A DNA stretch of 64,000 nt from Akkermansiaceae bacterium. Its GTDB lineage: Bacteria; Verrucomicrobiota; Verrucomicrobiia; Verrucomicrobiales; Akkermansiaceae. Shown here piece after piece: positions 8,811 through 17,853 of the stretch. Each line of letters opens with the position of its first letter. The stretch's first letter is position 1. A model generated the notes under the pieces. It saw nothing but the letters and a program-made list of their open reading frames with translations, ran no database searches and was not told the origin of the DNA. The position numbers and the translations under genes are program-made. The stretch spans positions 32,001 through 96,000 of the forward strand of contig JBPOGF010000001.1 in the NCBI GenBank assembly GCA_051251915.1, written 5' to 3'.

Positions 8811-10409
8811 ATGAACAAGATACTCGCTACTACACTTTCACTTTGTTTCAGCCTTGCAGTTAATGCGGCTGAGAAACCTAATATTGTTTACATTTTAGCT
8901 GATGACTTAGGTTATGGCGATGTGCAGTGCTTGAATTCTGAACGTGGTAAAATAGCGACGCCGCACATGGATAAGTTGGCGGTGGATGGGATGACCTTTA
9001 CGGATGCTCATACGACTTCTTCTGTCTGCACTCCGACTCGGTATGGTATTATTACTGGGCGGTATAATTGGAGGTCGAAGTTGCAGGTGCATGTGCTGGA
9101 TGGTTATGGGTTACCTTTGATTCCTACTGAGAGGACAACGGTTCCGAGCTTTCTGAGGGAGAATGGCTATACGACTGCGATGATAGGTAAGTGGCATATT
9201 GGTCTAGATATAGCGACTACGGATGGGAAGAAGGCTAAGCCGGCAGGTGGACTGCCTGGTAAACTTAAAAAAGGTGCATTACCACCAGCTGAACTCTCTA
9301 ATATTGATTGGAAAGCGGAGATCAAAGGTGGTCCGGTAGATCTTGGTTTTGATTCTTGGTTCGGCATTACTGCCTCATTAGACTTTCCGCCGTATGTGTG
9401 GATACGTAACCGAAACTGGGTAGGTGAGGGAACGCATGTGAAGGCATTCCGCAGACCTGGTCCCGCTACTGATGACTTTGAGGCTATTGATGTCCTCGAC
9501 AAGCTTGCTGCTGAGTCCGTGAAATTTATCACAGAATATAAGAGTGAGAAGCCGTTCTTCGCATATATCCCACTTCCGTCACCGCACACTCCTATCGTTC
9601 CGAATAGCAAGTGGCAGGGGAAAAGTGGTATTGGTAACTATGGTGACTTTGTGATGCAGACTGATGCCTTTGTTGGGCAGATTGTTAAGGCGCTAGATGA
9701 CCGTGGAATTTCGGAGAATACTATTTTGATCGTTACTAGTGATAATGGTTGCTCGAAAGCGGCGAACTTTAAGAATTTGGAAAGTCATGGGCATTTTGCC
9801 AGTGCGCAGTATCGTGGTTCTAAGGCTGATATTTGGGAAGGTGGGCATAGGGTGCCATTTTTTGTGAAGTGGCCGAAAGTGATTAAGGCGGGTAGTGTCT
9901 CGAATGAGCTTACTTGTCAGAGTGATTTGCTTGCTACTTGTGCTGAGCTGGTGGGGAAAGAAGTTCCGAAGAATGCGGGGGAAGATAGTGAGAGTATATT
10001 GCCTGTTTTCAAGGGTGAGGAGACTGATTTTAGTCGGAAGGGGATCATTCATCATAGTGTGAGTGGGCATTTTGCTTATCGTGAAGAAAATTATAAGCTG
10101 ATTCTGGCGTATGGTTCAGGGGGCTGGACTGCTCCTAAAGAGGTGCAAGCGATGAAGGCTGGGGCGGCGAAAGCGCAGCTCTATGATTTAGCTGCTGATC
10201 CTGGTGAGAAGAACAATCTCTATGTGACGCAACCTGAAGTTGCGGAGCGGATGCTTGCTCAGTTGACGAGTTATGTGAATGCTGGGTCATCTGTGGAGGG
10301 TAAGGAGTCTAAGAATGATGTGCCGATCCAGCTTTGGAAGACTGGTGGTGGGAAGCAACTGAAGGAGCAAAAGGTTCCTAAGAGGAAGAAGAAGGCAGCA
10401 ACTAAGTAG
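8811..10409 (+). CDS. Sulfatase (formylglycine-dependent, S1)
   Basis: PNIVYILADDLGYGD, CTPTR motif, GKWH, TSDNG, signal peptide. Confidence 0.95.
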   Translation: MNKILATTLSLCFSLAVNAAEKPNIVYILADDLGYGDVQCLNSERGKIATPHMDKLAVDGMTFTDAHTTSSVCTPTRYGIITGRYNWRSKLQVHVLDGYGLPLIPTERTTVPSFLRENGYTTAMIGKWHIGLDIATTDGKKAKPAGGLPGKLKKGALPPAELSNIDWKAEIKGGPVDLGFDSWFGITASLDFPPYVWIRNRNWVGEGTHVKAFRRPGPATDDFEAIDVLDKLAAESVKFITEYKSEKPFFAYIPLPSPHTPIVPNSKWQGKSGIGNYGDFVMQTDAFVGQIVKALDDRGISENTILIVTSDNGCSKAANFKNLESHGHFASAQYRGSKADIWEGGHRVPFFVKWPKVIKAGSVSNELTCQSDLLATCAELVGKEVPKNAGEDSESILPVFKGEETDFSRKGIIHHSVSGHFAYREENYKLILAYGSGGWTAPKEVQAMKAGAAKAQLYDLAADPGEKNNLYVTQPEVAERMLAQLTSYVNAGSSVEGKESKNDVPIQLWKTGGGKQLKEQKVPKRKKKAATK

Positions 10410-10431
10410 TTTAACCATTTACAATAAGAAT

Positions 10432-11187
10432 ATGAAAACTGGTATCAAACGATCAATTACGTGCATGTTAGCGCTAGCATGTAGTTATAGTTTCCCACTG
10501 CAGGCGGCACCTGAAAAGGGGTCTACTGCGGAGAAGAAGGTGACCAAGGATTGGGCGTGTGAGCCGGTGGAGGGGTTGCCTAATGTTCTTATTTTGGGTG
10601 ATTCGATTTCGATTGGTTACACGCTGCAAGTGCGTGAATTGTTGAAGGGGAAGGCAAATGTTTACCGACCAGTGAATAAGGCGGGGACGAAGCCAGTGAA
10701 CTGTAGTGGAACTACGGATGGGTTGAAACGATGTGGAGCAAATCTTAAGGCTCGCGAGTGGGATGTGATACATTTCAACTGGGGGCTTCATGACCTGAAG
10801 CATGTGAAGAAGGCGGGGACTCACCAAAACTCGAATAATCCTAAAGATCCGACTCAGGCCTCGCCTGAGGTGTATGGGAAGAACTTGCAGAAGATTGTGG
10901 ATGAGTTGAAAAAGACTGGTGCTAAGTTGGTATTTGCAACGACTACACCAGTAACAGCTGGAACCACGGGGCCGCTGAGAAAGGTTGAAGCTCCGGGGAT
11001 GTATAATGAAGTGGCGTTGAAAGTGATGGAGAAAAACAAGATTCAGGTGAATGATCTCTATGCTTATACGTTACCTCATTTAGCGAAATGGCAGTTGCCT
11101 AAGAACGTTCATTTTAAAGGTGAGGGGTCAATGGAGCTGGCGAAGAAGGTAGCTGCAGTGATTGGTGAGAAGCTTGATAAGAAATAA
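10432..11187 (+). CDS. SGNH/GDSL hydrolase (likely carbohydrate esterase)
   Basis: LGDSIS block I, FNWGLHD block III, NVHF block V, signal peptide. Confidence 0.9.
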   Translation: MKTGIKRSITCMLALACSYSFPLQAAPEKGSTAEKKVTKDWACEPVEGLPNVLILGDSISIGYTLQVRELLKGKANVYRPVNKAGTKPVNCSGTTDGLKRCGANLKAREWDVIHFNWGLHDLKHVKKAGTHQNSNNPKDPTQASPEVYGKNLQKIVDELKKTGAKLVFATTTPVTAGTTGPLRKVEAPGMYNEVALKVMEKNKIQVNDLYAYTLPHLAKWQLPKNVHFKGEGSMELAKKVAAVIGEKLDKK

Positions 11188-11279
11188 TGCTTCAAGAGGG
11201 AGAGTGGCTATCCTAAATTTTATGTAAAATATAAGATGGTGGTGAGAGGGTGTGGTCGTATAGGTTTAAATCTTACGTT

Positions 11280-13247
11280 ATGAAAAGGCACTACTTCTTT
11301 ACTTCTAAAAAAAGGCTACTCACTTACGGAGTTGAGATTGCTCTCGGCTTGTTGATTACTGGTTTCGCTTGTGCGGGGGAGTCTAGACCGGAAAAGCCGA
11401 ATATTGTTTTATTGCTGACTGATGATCTTGGTTGGCAGGATGTGAAGTGCTATGATGTTGATAAGCCTTCTCCGATGGAGACTCCGAACATCGATGGTTT
11501 GGCGAAGAAGGGGATAAAATTTTGGCAGGCTTATTCACCTGCGCCGACATGTGCGCCGACTCGTTGTGCGATTATGAGTGGGAATCATCCGGCTCGTGCA
11601 CAGAAGACTCATGTGGTGGGGGGGCATCCGCCAACTGTTCAGAATAAGACTGGATGGAAAGTGATGGCTCCGTGGCAGAGTGGTAGGATGCCTGAGAATG
11701 AGGTTACTCTTGCTAAGGTGCTTCAGGGAAATGGATATACTACGGGGCATAGTGGTAAGTGGCATATGGCGATTAACCATAAGGCGTTTCCTCAGCCAGA
11801 GGATCAGGGGTTTGATTGGACTAAGAGTGAGATAGGGGCGACCACTAGGATGAGACCTAGTAGGCTTAGTGATTTCGCGACTGATGAGGTGGGTGATAAG
11901 TATAAGCTGGATGAGAATGGATTTCCTTATCATGCGAATAGCGCGAATGCTATGGAGTTTCTAGAGGAGAGTCAGGATAAGGGTAAGCCATTTTTTCTGT
12001 ATTATGCTACTTGGTTGGTGCACACGCCGATCCACACTAGGAACGAGCGATTGCTTGATAAATATTGTCAGAAGTTGGGGATAGATAAGGCGAGTTTGAA
12101 AGCGACAGGTTGGGATGGGGGCGGGCAGACGAATCCATTTTATTGTGCGATGGTGGAGGAGTTGGATTATCATGTGGGGAAGGTGTTTGATTACTTGGAA
12201 AATACCGATGATCCGCGTTGGCCTGGGCATAAGTTGAGTGAGAATACGTATGTGATATTTACTTCTGATAATGGGGGGATGGAGAGAATGCCGGGTGAGA
12301 TCATTACGGATAATTATCCTCTGAATAGAGGTAAGATTTCTGCGATGGAGGGTGGTGTTAGGGTGCCATTGATTATTACTGGGCCGGGAGTGCCGAAGAA
12401 TGTGGAGTCGGATGTGATGGTGAATGGGTTGGATTTTTATCCTACGATTCTTTCGCTGACTGGTGTTAAAAAGCCTGAGGGTAAGGAGTTGGATGGGAGT
12501 GATTTGACTGCTCTTTTGAAAGCTCCTACTGATGGGACATTGGTTAAGAGTTCTGATGGTTCTGTTAGGGATACGATGGTTTGGCATTTTCCGAATTCGG
12601 CGGCGCTTGAGAGCACGATACGGGTTGGGGGGTATAAGTTGATTCGTAACTATGCTAATATTGATGATCCGAAGAGACCGAGGCTTGAGTTGTATGAGCT
12701 GTATAAGGATGAGGATGGGAAACAAGTTAGGGTGGACATCGAGGAAGCTAAGAATTTAGCGAAGCGACAGCCTGAAAAGGTCAAAGAAATGGATGCTAAG
12801 CTTACTGAGATTCTGACTGAGATGAAGGCTAGTTATCCTTATCGAAATCCGCATTACAAGGGAGCTCTCAAAGGGAAGGATAGTGTGTGTGGTGTGAAAT
12901 CTCATACTTTAAAAGGGCAGGAGATTAACGTCGTTTATCAGGAGAATGGAGCTAAGCTTAGACGGGCGAATCTGTTGTATACTTTGAACGGGGGAGATAG
13001 GTATGAAGAGTGGTTTAGGATACCAGCGAGGCTAGAGGGAGGGAATCAGGTTTCGGCGACTTTGCCGGAAGGCTCTACGCATTATGTGATCAACCTTATC
13101 GACCAGAACAATTTTCTTATTAGTTACCCAGAATTACCTGATGAGATTACCTTAAAGAAATCTGAGAAGACTTATTCTGACTATGCTTTGAAGGGCAATA
13201 CTGTCTTAGAAATTAGGCCTAAGAAGAGAAAGAAAGCAGCTCACTAG
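11280..13247 (+). CDS. Sulfatase (S1) with C-terminal extension
   Basis: PNIVLLLTDDLGWQD, CAPTR, GKWH, TSDNG. ATG 11280 is preferred over GTG 11250. Confidence 0.93.
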   Translation: MKRHYFFTSKKRLLTYGVEIALGLLITGFACAGESRPEKPNIVLLLTDDLGWQDVKCYDVDKPSPMETPNIDGLAKKGIKFWQAYSPAPTCAPTRCAIMSGNHPARAQKTHVVGGHPPTVQNKTGWKVMAPWQSGRMPENEVTLAKVLQGNGYTTGHSGKWHMAINHKAFPQPEDQGFDWTKSEIGATTRMRPSRLSDFATDEVGDKYKLDENGFPYHANSANAMEFLEESQDKGKPFFLYYATWLVHTPIHTRNERLLDKYCQKLGIDKASLKATGWDGGGQTNPFYCAMVEELDYHVGKVFDYLENTDDPRWPGHKLSENTYVIFTSDNGGMERMPGEIITDNYPLNRGKISAMEGGVRVPLIITGPGVPKNVESDVMVNGLDFYPTILSLTGVKKPEGKELDGSDLTALLKAPTDGTLVKSSDGSVRDTMVWHFPNSAALESTIRVGGYKLIRNYANIDDPKRPRLELYELYKDEDGKQVRVDIEEAKNLAKRQPEKVKEMDAKLTEILTEMKASYPYRNPHYKGALKGKDSVCGVKSHTLKGQEINVVYQENGAKLRRANLLYTLNGGDRYEEWFRIPARLEGGNQVSATLPEGSTHYVINLIDQNNFLISYPELPDEITLKKSEKTYSDYALKGNTVLEIRPKKRKKAAH

Positions 13248-13267
13248 AGAATCTAACCAATTTATTT

Positions 13268-16200
13268 ATGAAACCTATTCAACTTTTTATTGCTGGTGCG
13301 CTGGCAGGTTTATCTACGCTTTGTAGTGCATTTCCGCAGGTCTCCCAATTATCTAACAGGGATTATTCATTTGGTTATTGGGAGAATGGGGTGAGGAAGC
13401 ATAAGGGTGATGATTCTAGAGATATTTTGAGTCTTGAGACTGGTTATTTTGGGTTGCAGCTGGATATGGCGCAGTTGGATATGGCGCAGTTTGGCCTGAT
13501 TGATGATGAACTAGATTATGAAGGAGCATTGGCTACTAATGGAAGCCGGATGCAGGAACTTCAGAGTGTTGACTTGAAGATAGAATTAGAAAAAGAGGGT
13601 AAGGTTTATACGGCGGTGAGTAGTCTGGCGAGTAAGGAGCGTGCGGAGGGGAAGAAGTTTCAGGGTACGATGTTGTGGGAGTCGGCTCGGTATGTGCAGA
13701 ATTATGAAATTCAGGGGGTGGAATTTAAATCGGCGGATGGTGAGAGCTTGGTGGCGGATTCTACGTTGCAGGTGATAGCATGGCCGAGTTCAATAAGTTT
13801 TACGGCATCAGTGACCCCGACTGAAGATTTTAAAGATGGACCTGCGGCTGGGTTGGTAGGGCAGGGGCTATGTATTGTGGATGAGCAGAAGATGATAAAG
13901 CATGAGGCTGGGTTGGAGAATGAGGAATTCACGGTGGAGAGCTGGATTAAGGTTCCTAAAGCGCTTGAGAATAGGGGGCGTGGGTGGATTATTTCTAAAA
14001 CAAAGAATGAGACACATGATGGTAATTATGGGTTGATTTTGTCAGGTGGGAAGGTGAGGGCGATGATGAATATTGGTGGCAAGGGGGCTGAGAATAGACA
14101 TTTTATCGATTCTAGAAGTAAGTCGATTGTGGCTGATACTTGGCACCATGTTGCGCTGACTTATGATGGTAAGACGTTTTCACTATTTTTGGATGGAAAT
14201 CTTCAGGGTTCGAAAGTGATTGGGAAGAAACGTAATTTAGCGACAGGTGATATGACGTTGGGTAAGCGTGCTGATGGACATGGTGGAGTGACTCCGGTAT
14301 TGCTGGATCAGTTGCGGGTATGGGATAGGGCGTTGACTAGAAATGAACTTTTACAACATACGAGAAAACCTGGGGAGCTCAAGAATAGGGATGGGCTGAC
14401 GTATGAGAATCATTTTGAGAGTAAGACTCCGATTGAGCACACTGTATGGAAGGATGCGAAGTTGAGTGTGAGGTTTGGTGATCGTAAACATAGTAAGTAT
14501 GGGGAGAAGCTGGTTTCTGGTGAATGGAAGGTGGGGGAGAAGCATAAGGTTACGGTGAACTGTGATCTGGGAGGGAAGATGAATCCGGCGACTAAGGTTA
14601 GCGTTGTGATGAAGTTAACGGATGTTCCGCCTGTGACCTATGATAAGGAATTTAATTGTTACGTAGCGCGCATTGCACAGCCTAAGCGTGAATGGAAGAG
14701 GGGTGAAGGGGATTTGCGGAATTATGATGAGGTTGATATCACGGTGGAGTCTGATGGGGTGAGTTCTGTGCCGTTTTTGTTAGAGTTGTTTAAGCCTGCT
14801 GGGATTACTGGGTTATGTCCAATTTTGTGTGATGAGAATGGGGTTCCGACTGGGATTCCTGTTCAGTTGAGTAAGAACTGGCATTATCCGAAGATGGGTA
14901 GTTACTTGAGATCCTCTATGCTGTTGCCGACGGTGAAGGGGGTGCAGAAGTATAAGTTGAGGATTGTTTATGGTTTCTATGGGACGGTTCCATCGGCTAG
15001 TCATTCGCAGTTATCGCTGGTGGGTTATGGGGGTAATGGTCGATGGGATCAGTTGGCGATTGGATCTTGGGGGGAGACATATTGTATGGATATGGATATG
15101 AGTTTGGTGGATGTGGCGGTGACGGATATTAGGATGTTGATGACGCGTGATGGTAAGGATGGGAAGAAGTGGCAGTGGACGGATGCTGGCTGGGGTGGTG
15201 ACTGGTTAGGTCTGAATAATGCGGCAGGTGATAAGCTGTTGTTTAAGGGGATGAAGGCTGCTTATGTGTCTCATGGGCCTTGTCTCACAGAGGTAAAATA
15301 TAAGGGTTTTTATGGATCGCAGAGTGAAGTGGATATTGATTCAACGGTGAGAACATTGCGCACCAATGATCATGCACGGACATTTAGCACGATGAAGTAT
15401 CGTTTTGATAAGGTGGTGAAGGCGGATGGGTGGTTGTTTAAGATGGGGAGGTCACATCATTTGATGACTCCAGAGATTAGTTACGGGAATAAGGCTGGTT
15501 TGATTAAGGAGTATAAGGCTAGTGATGATCTTAAGGCTGGAGCTACGTTTGTTCCAAAGACTACACTAATGGGAGCTGGTCCTTGGTGGGTGGCTTTTCC
15601 TAATGCTGAGTTAGGTGGTGATAAGAAGTGGGGGACAGGGTATAGGGCGATGGTGATTCGTTCTTATAAAGTGACTGCTGGTGGGAAAGAGTATAGGCAG
15701 CCGGTTGTTGAATTTCCTGTTTATAAAAAGCATGAGTCTGGGGTGAATATTGATTTCTTGCTGACGGCACCTGAGGGAGTGACTGAATTTCAACCTGGGG
15801 ATGAGGTGGAGCTTGAGGTTGAGTGGATCACGTTGCCGAATGAGGCTGATGATTACTATGGATCGAATGAGGTTTTTAGGGATCATGTTGCGAAGAATCC
15901 TGGGTCGTGGAAGACGACGCATCGGGAGGCTGTGGGGAATGATCTGAAGGTTGTTGTTGGAGGTGGGAGGTTGATTCATCAGTATCCGATTATTATTGAG
16001 GCTGAGAAAGATGAGGTTGTGGTGGAGATAGTGGGTGGGGTTGGTTATGTGCCGATAAGATTTGAGGGGCTGGAGACGGCTGAGGGTTATACGATTTATC
16101 AGGTGGTTGATGGTAAGGAAGTGAAGCTGGATCAGGCGGTGCATGGCAATGACTTTTGGCAGACTGATTATGATGTGAAGTCTAAGACGTTTAAGATGAC

Positions 16201-16270
16201 GTTTAATTTACCGCTGGATGGGATGGAGGAATCGAAGTGGGTTCTGAAGAAAAGCAAATCAACTAAGTAG
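13268..16270 (+). CDS. Large secreted protein with an internal LamG/concanavalin-like domain and uncharacterised flanking domains
   Basis: Signal peptide. FTVESWIK...WHHVALTYDG...LFLDG...LDQLRVWDRAL marks LamG. The remaining ~800 aa were not recognised. Confidence 0.85.
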   Translation: MKPIQLFIAGALAGLSTLCSAFPQVSQLSNRDYSFGYWENGVRKHKGDDSRDILSLETGYFGLQLDMAQLDMAQFGLIDDELDYEGALATNGSRMQELQSVDLKIELEKEGKVYTAVSSLASKERAEGKKFQGTMLWESARYVQNYEIQGVEFKSADGESLVADSTLQVIAWPSSISFTASVTPTEDFKDGPAAGLVGQGLCIVDEQKMIKHEAGLENEEFTVESWIKVPKALENRGRGWIISKTKNETHDGNYGLILSGGKVRAMMNIGGKGAENRHFIDSRSKSIVADTWHHVALTYDGKTFSLFLDGNLQGSKVIGKKRNLATGDMTLGKRADGHGGVTPVLLDQLRVWDRALTRNELLQHTRKPGELKNRDGLTYENHFESKTPIEHTVWKDAKLSVRFGDRKHSKYGEKLVSGEWKVGEKHKVTVNCDLGGKMNPATKVSVVMKLTDVPPVTYDKEFNCYVARIAQPKREWKRGEGDLRNYDEVDITVESDGVSSVPFLLELFKPAGITGLCPILCDENGVPTGIPVQLSKNWHYPKMGSYLRSSMLLPTVKGVQKYKLRIVYGFYGTVPSASHSQLSLVGYGGNGRWDQLAIGSWGETYCMDMDMSLVDVAVTDIRMLMTRDGKDGKKWQWTDAGWGGDWLGLNNAAGDKLLFKGMKAAYVSHGPCLTEVKYKGFYGSQSEVDIDSTVRTLRTNDHARTFSTMKYRFDKVVKADGWLFKMGRSHHLMTPEISYGNKAGLIKEYKASDDLKAGATFVPKTTLMGAGPWWVAFPNAELGGDKKWGTGYRAMVIRSYKVTAGGKEYRQPVVEFPVYKKHESGVNIDFLLTAPEGVTEFQPGDEVELEVEWITLPNEADDYYGSNEVFRDHVAKNPGSWKTTHREAVGNDLKVVVGGGRLIHQYPIIIEAEKDEVVVEIVGGVGYVPIRFEGLETAEGYTIYQVVDGKEVKLDQAVHGNDFWQTDYDVKSKTFKMTFNLPLDGMEESKWVLKKSKSTK

Positions 16271-16276
16271 AGAACT

Positions 16277-16533
16277 ATGAAAAATTCAGCATTTTTTCTG
16301 AGTATAAAGTGGGCTGCAGGTTCATTCACATAGTGAGGTTCGATATTTCCTGAAGGGGGAGTTTAGCGTCTTTTCAGCAAAGCTTGTGGCGGGTTATCAA
16401 GCATCGGTTACTTACGAGGTGCATGTGGATGGGAAGAAGGTCTTTGATTCAGGGAAGTTTGGAGGGAAAAGTGAGCCTAAAGACATTGAGGTAGACATTG
16501 CTGGGTGATGTGGGCCAATGCTTTCTGTAAATA
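16277..16533 (+). pseudogene. Eroded remnant of an NPCBM/NEW2 (CBM51-like) domain gene
   Basis: The start MKNSAFFL is out of frame with SGLQVHSHSEVRYFLKGEFSVFSA...SVTYEVHVDGKKVFDSG...PKDIEVDIAG* (16308-16508). The NPCBM terminal motif WANA follows in another frame. Confidence 0.7.
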
Positions 16534-16633
16534 GGGGTGGATTGGGAGCGACTCGACTCAGGTGAGAGATGCATTATTGCCTTCCTATTTTCTCTGGGTG
16601 CTCTAAATTGAGGGTCGAATAAGCAATTGAAAT

Positions 16634-17509
16634 ATGATGAAGCTCAATTACAAAACCATGCTTGCTACGGCGGCTTTATTATTAGTTAGTGGCTCGGCGA
16701 TGGGGCAGTCGGTAGATCTTTCGGTGAAATGGAAGCTGGGTAACCAATACAGAATGGAGCAGGATGTGGTGGTTGACATGACGATGCCTGATCCGCAGGG
16801 GAGTGGGGAGATAGCTAGTAAAATGAAGATGGTGTCGGTGATGAGTGGTGCTGCTTCGGTTGATCAGGAGGGGATTGGTCTTGATATGATGTTTGATAGA
16901 GTTTCTATGAATATGGCGATGTCAGGAAAAGTGCTGATGAAGTATGACTCTAGCAAGCCGAACGCAGAAAACCCGATGGATAAGACGATGGAGACCTTGA
17001 AGGAGGTGAAGTTTAAGTCGATATATGGGAAGTGGGGACAGTTTATTGAGTTAACGGATTTTGATGATCGTCTTTTGAGTCCTGAGATGGGGATTACTAT
17101 GGGGTCGATTGAACGGTTGTTGAGGCAGCAGTCGCAGATGGTTCCGTTTCGAGAAGTGGGGGTAGGTGAGGTTTGGGAGTCGAGGATAGGGACTTCATTA
17201 CAAGGATTTGATCATGGCTTTATGTGTGACTATGCATTCAAGCTGGCCTCCGTTAAAGAGGTGGATGGTAAACAGGTTGCTAGAGTTGAGTTCACAGCTG
17301 AAATGGAGAAGGTGAGAGTTCTTCATGATGAGGTGGAGATGTTGCTGAGTGCTAAGAGCATTACAGGTTATTACTTATTTGATGTGTCAGAGGGGCAATT
17401 CACTGAGAGTAAACTATCTTTCGATATGGGGGCTGATGTTCAAGGTTCGGAAATGCTGATGAAGACGGATTTGAAAATAAAGTATGAGAGTAGTCCAAGG
17501 GAAAAATAG
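16634..17509 (+). CDS. Secreted hypothetical protein (DUF6263-like beta-sheet protein)
   Basis: Signal peptide. The YDSSKP, VGVGEVW and GYYLFDVSEG patterns resemble DUF6263. Confidence 0.6.
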   Translation: MMKLNYKTMLATAALLLVSGSAMGQSVDLSVKWKLGNQYRMEQDVVVDMTMPDPQGSGEIASKMKMVSVMSGAASVDQEGIGLDMMFDRVSMNMAMSGKVLMKYDSSKPNAENPMDKTMETLKEVKFKSIYGKWGQFIELTDFDDRLLSPEMGITMGSIERLLRQQSQMVPFREVGVGEVWESRIGTSLQGFDHGFMCDYAFKLASVKEVDGKQVARVEFTAEMEKVRVLHDEVEMLLSAKSITGYYLFDVSEGQFTESKLSFDMGADVQGSEMLMKTDLKIKYESSPREK

Positions 17510-17602
17510 GCACTTTCTCTAGGTAATGTGTAAAAAAGTATAAAATCGCCTTGCATCTTGTATCGTTGAGGCGTAACACATGCCCACCAAAGAGTGAAAA
17601 AA

Positions 17603-17676
<74 letters not shown>

Positions 17677-17684
17677 CTCTTTAT

Positions 17685-17709
17685 AACCCTTGCGAATGCA
17701 AGGGTTTTT
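17685..17709 (+). terminator. Intrinsic terminator after tRNA-Arg
   Basis: AACCCTTGC-gaat-GCAAGGGTT followed by TTT. Confidence 0.85.
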
Positions 17710-17853
17710 GCTTTTTAAGGGGGGAGGTTATTTTTGAGTTAGTCTTGGTTTGACTTCTATTGAGAGCGTGATTAGGACTGGTGGCAAAGTTGTCTTGTGG
17801 GATGTTTCACAAGCTGATATGTTCAATTTCCAACATTCAATATTCTATTTCAA

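Noticed and set aside
11535..12725. Long minus-strand ORFs (132 and 254 aa) and similar antisense ORFs across the window, for example 15611-16144, 57333-57773 and 62250-63627
   Set aside because: They are shadows of well-supported opposite-strand genes, with His/Pro/Ile/Arg-rich composition explained by strand skew and no motifs.
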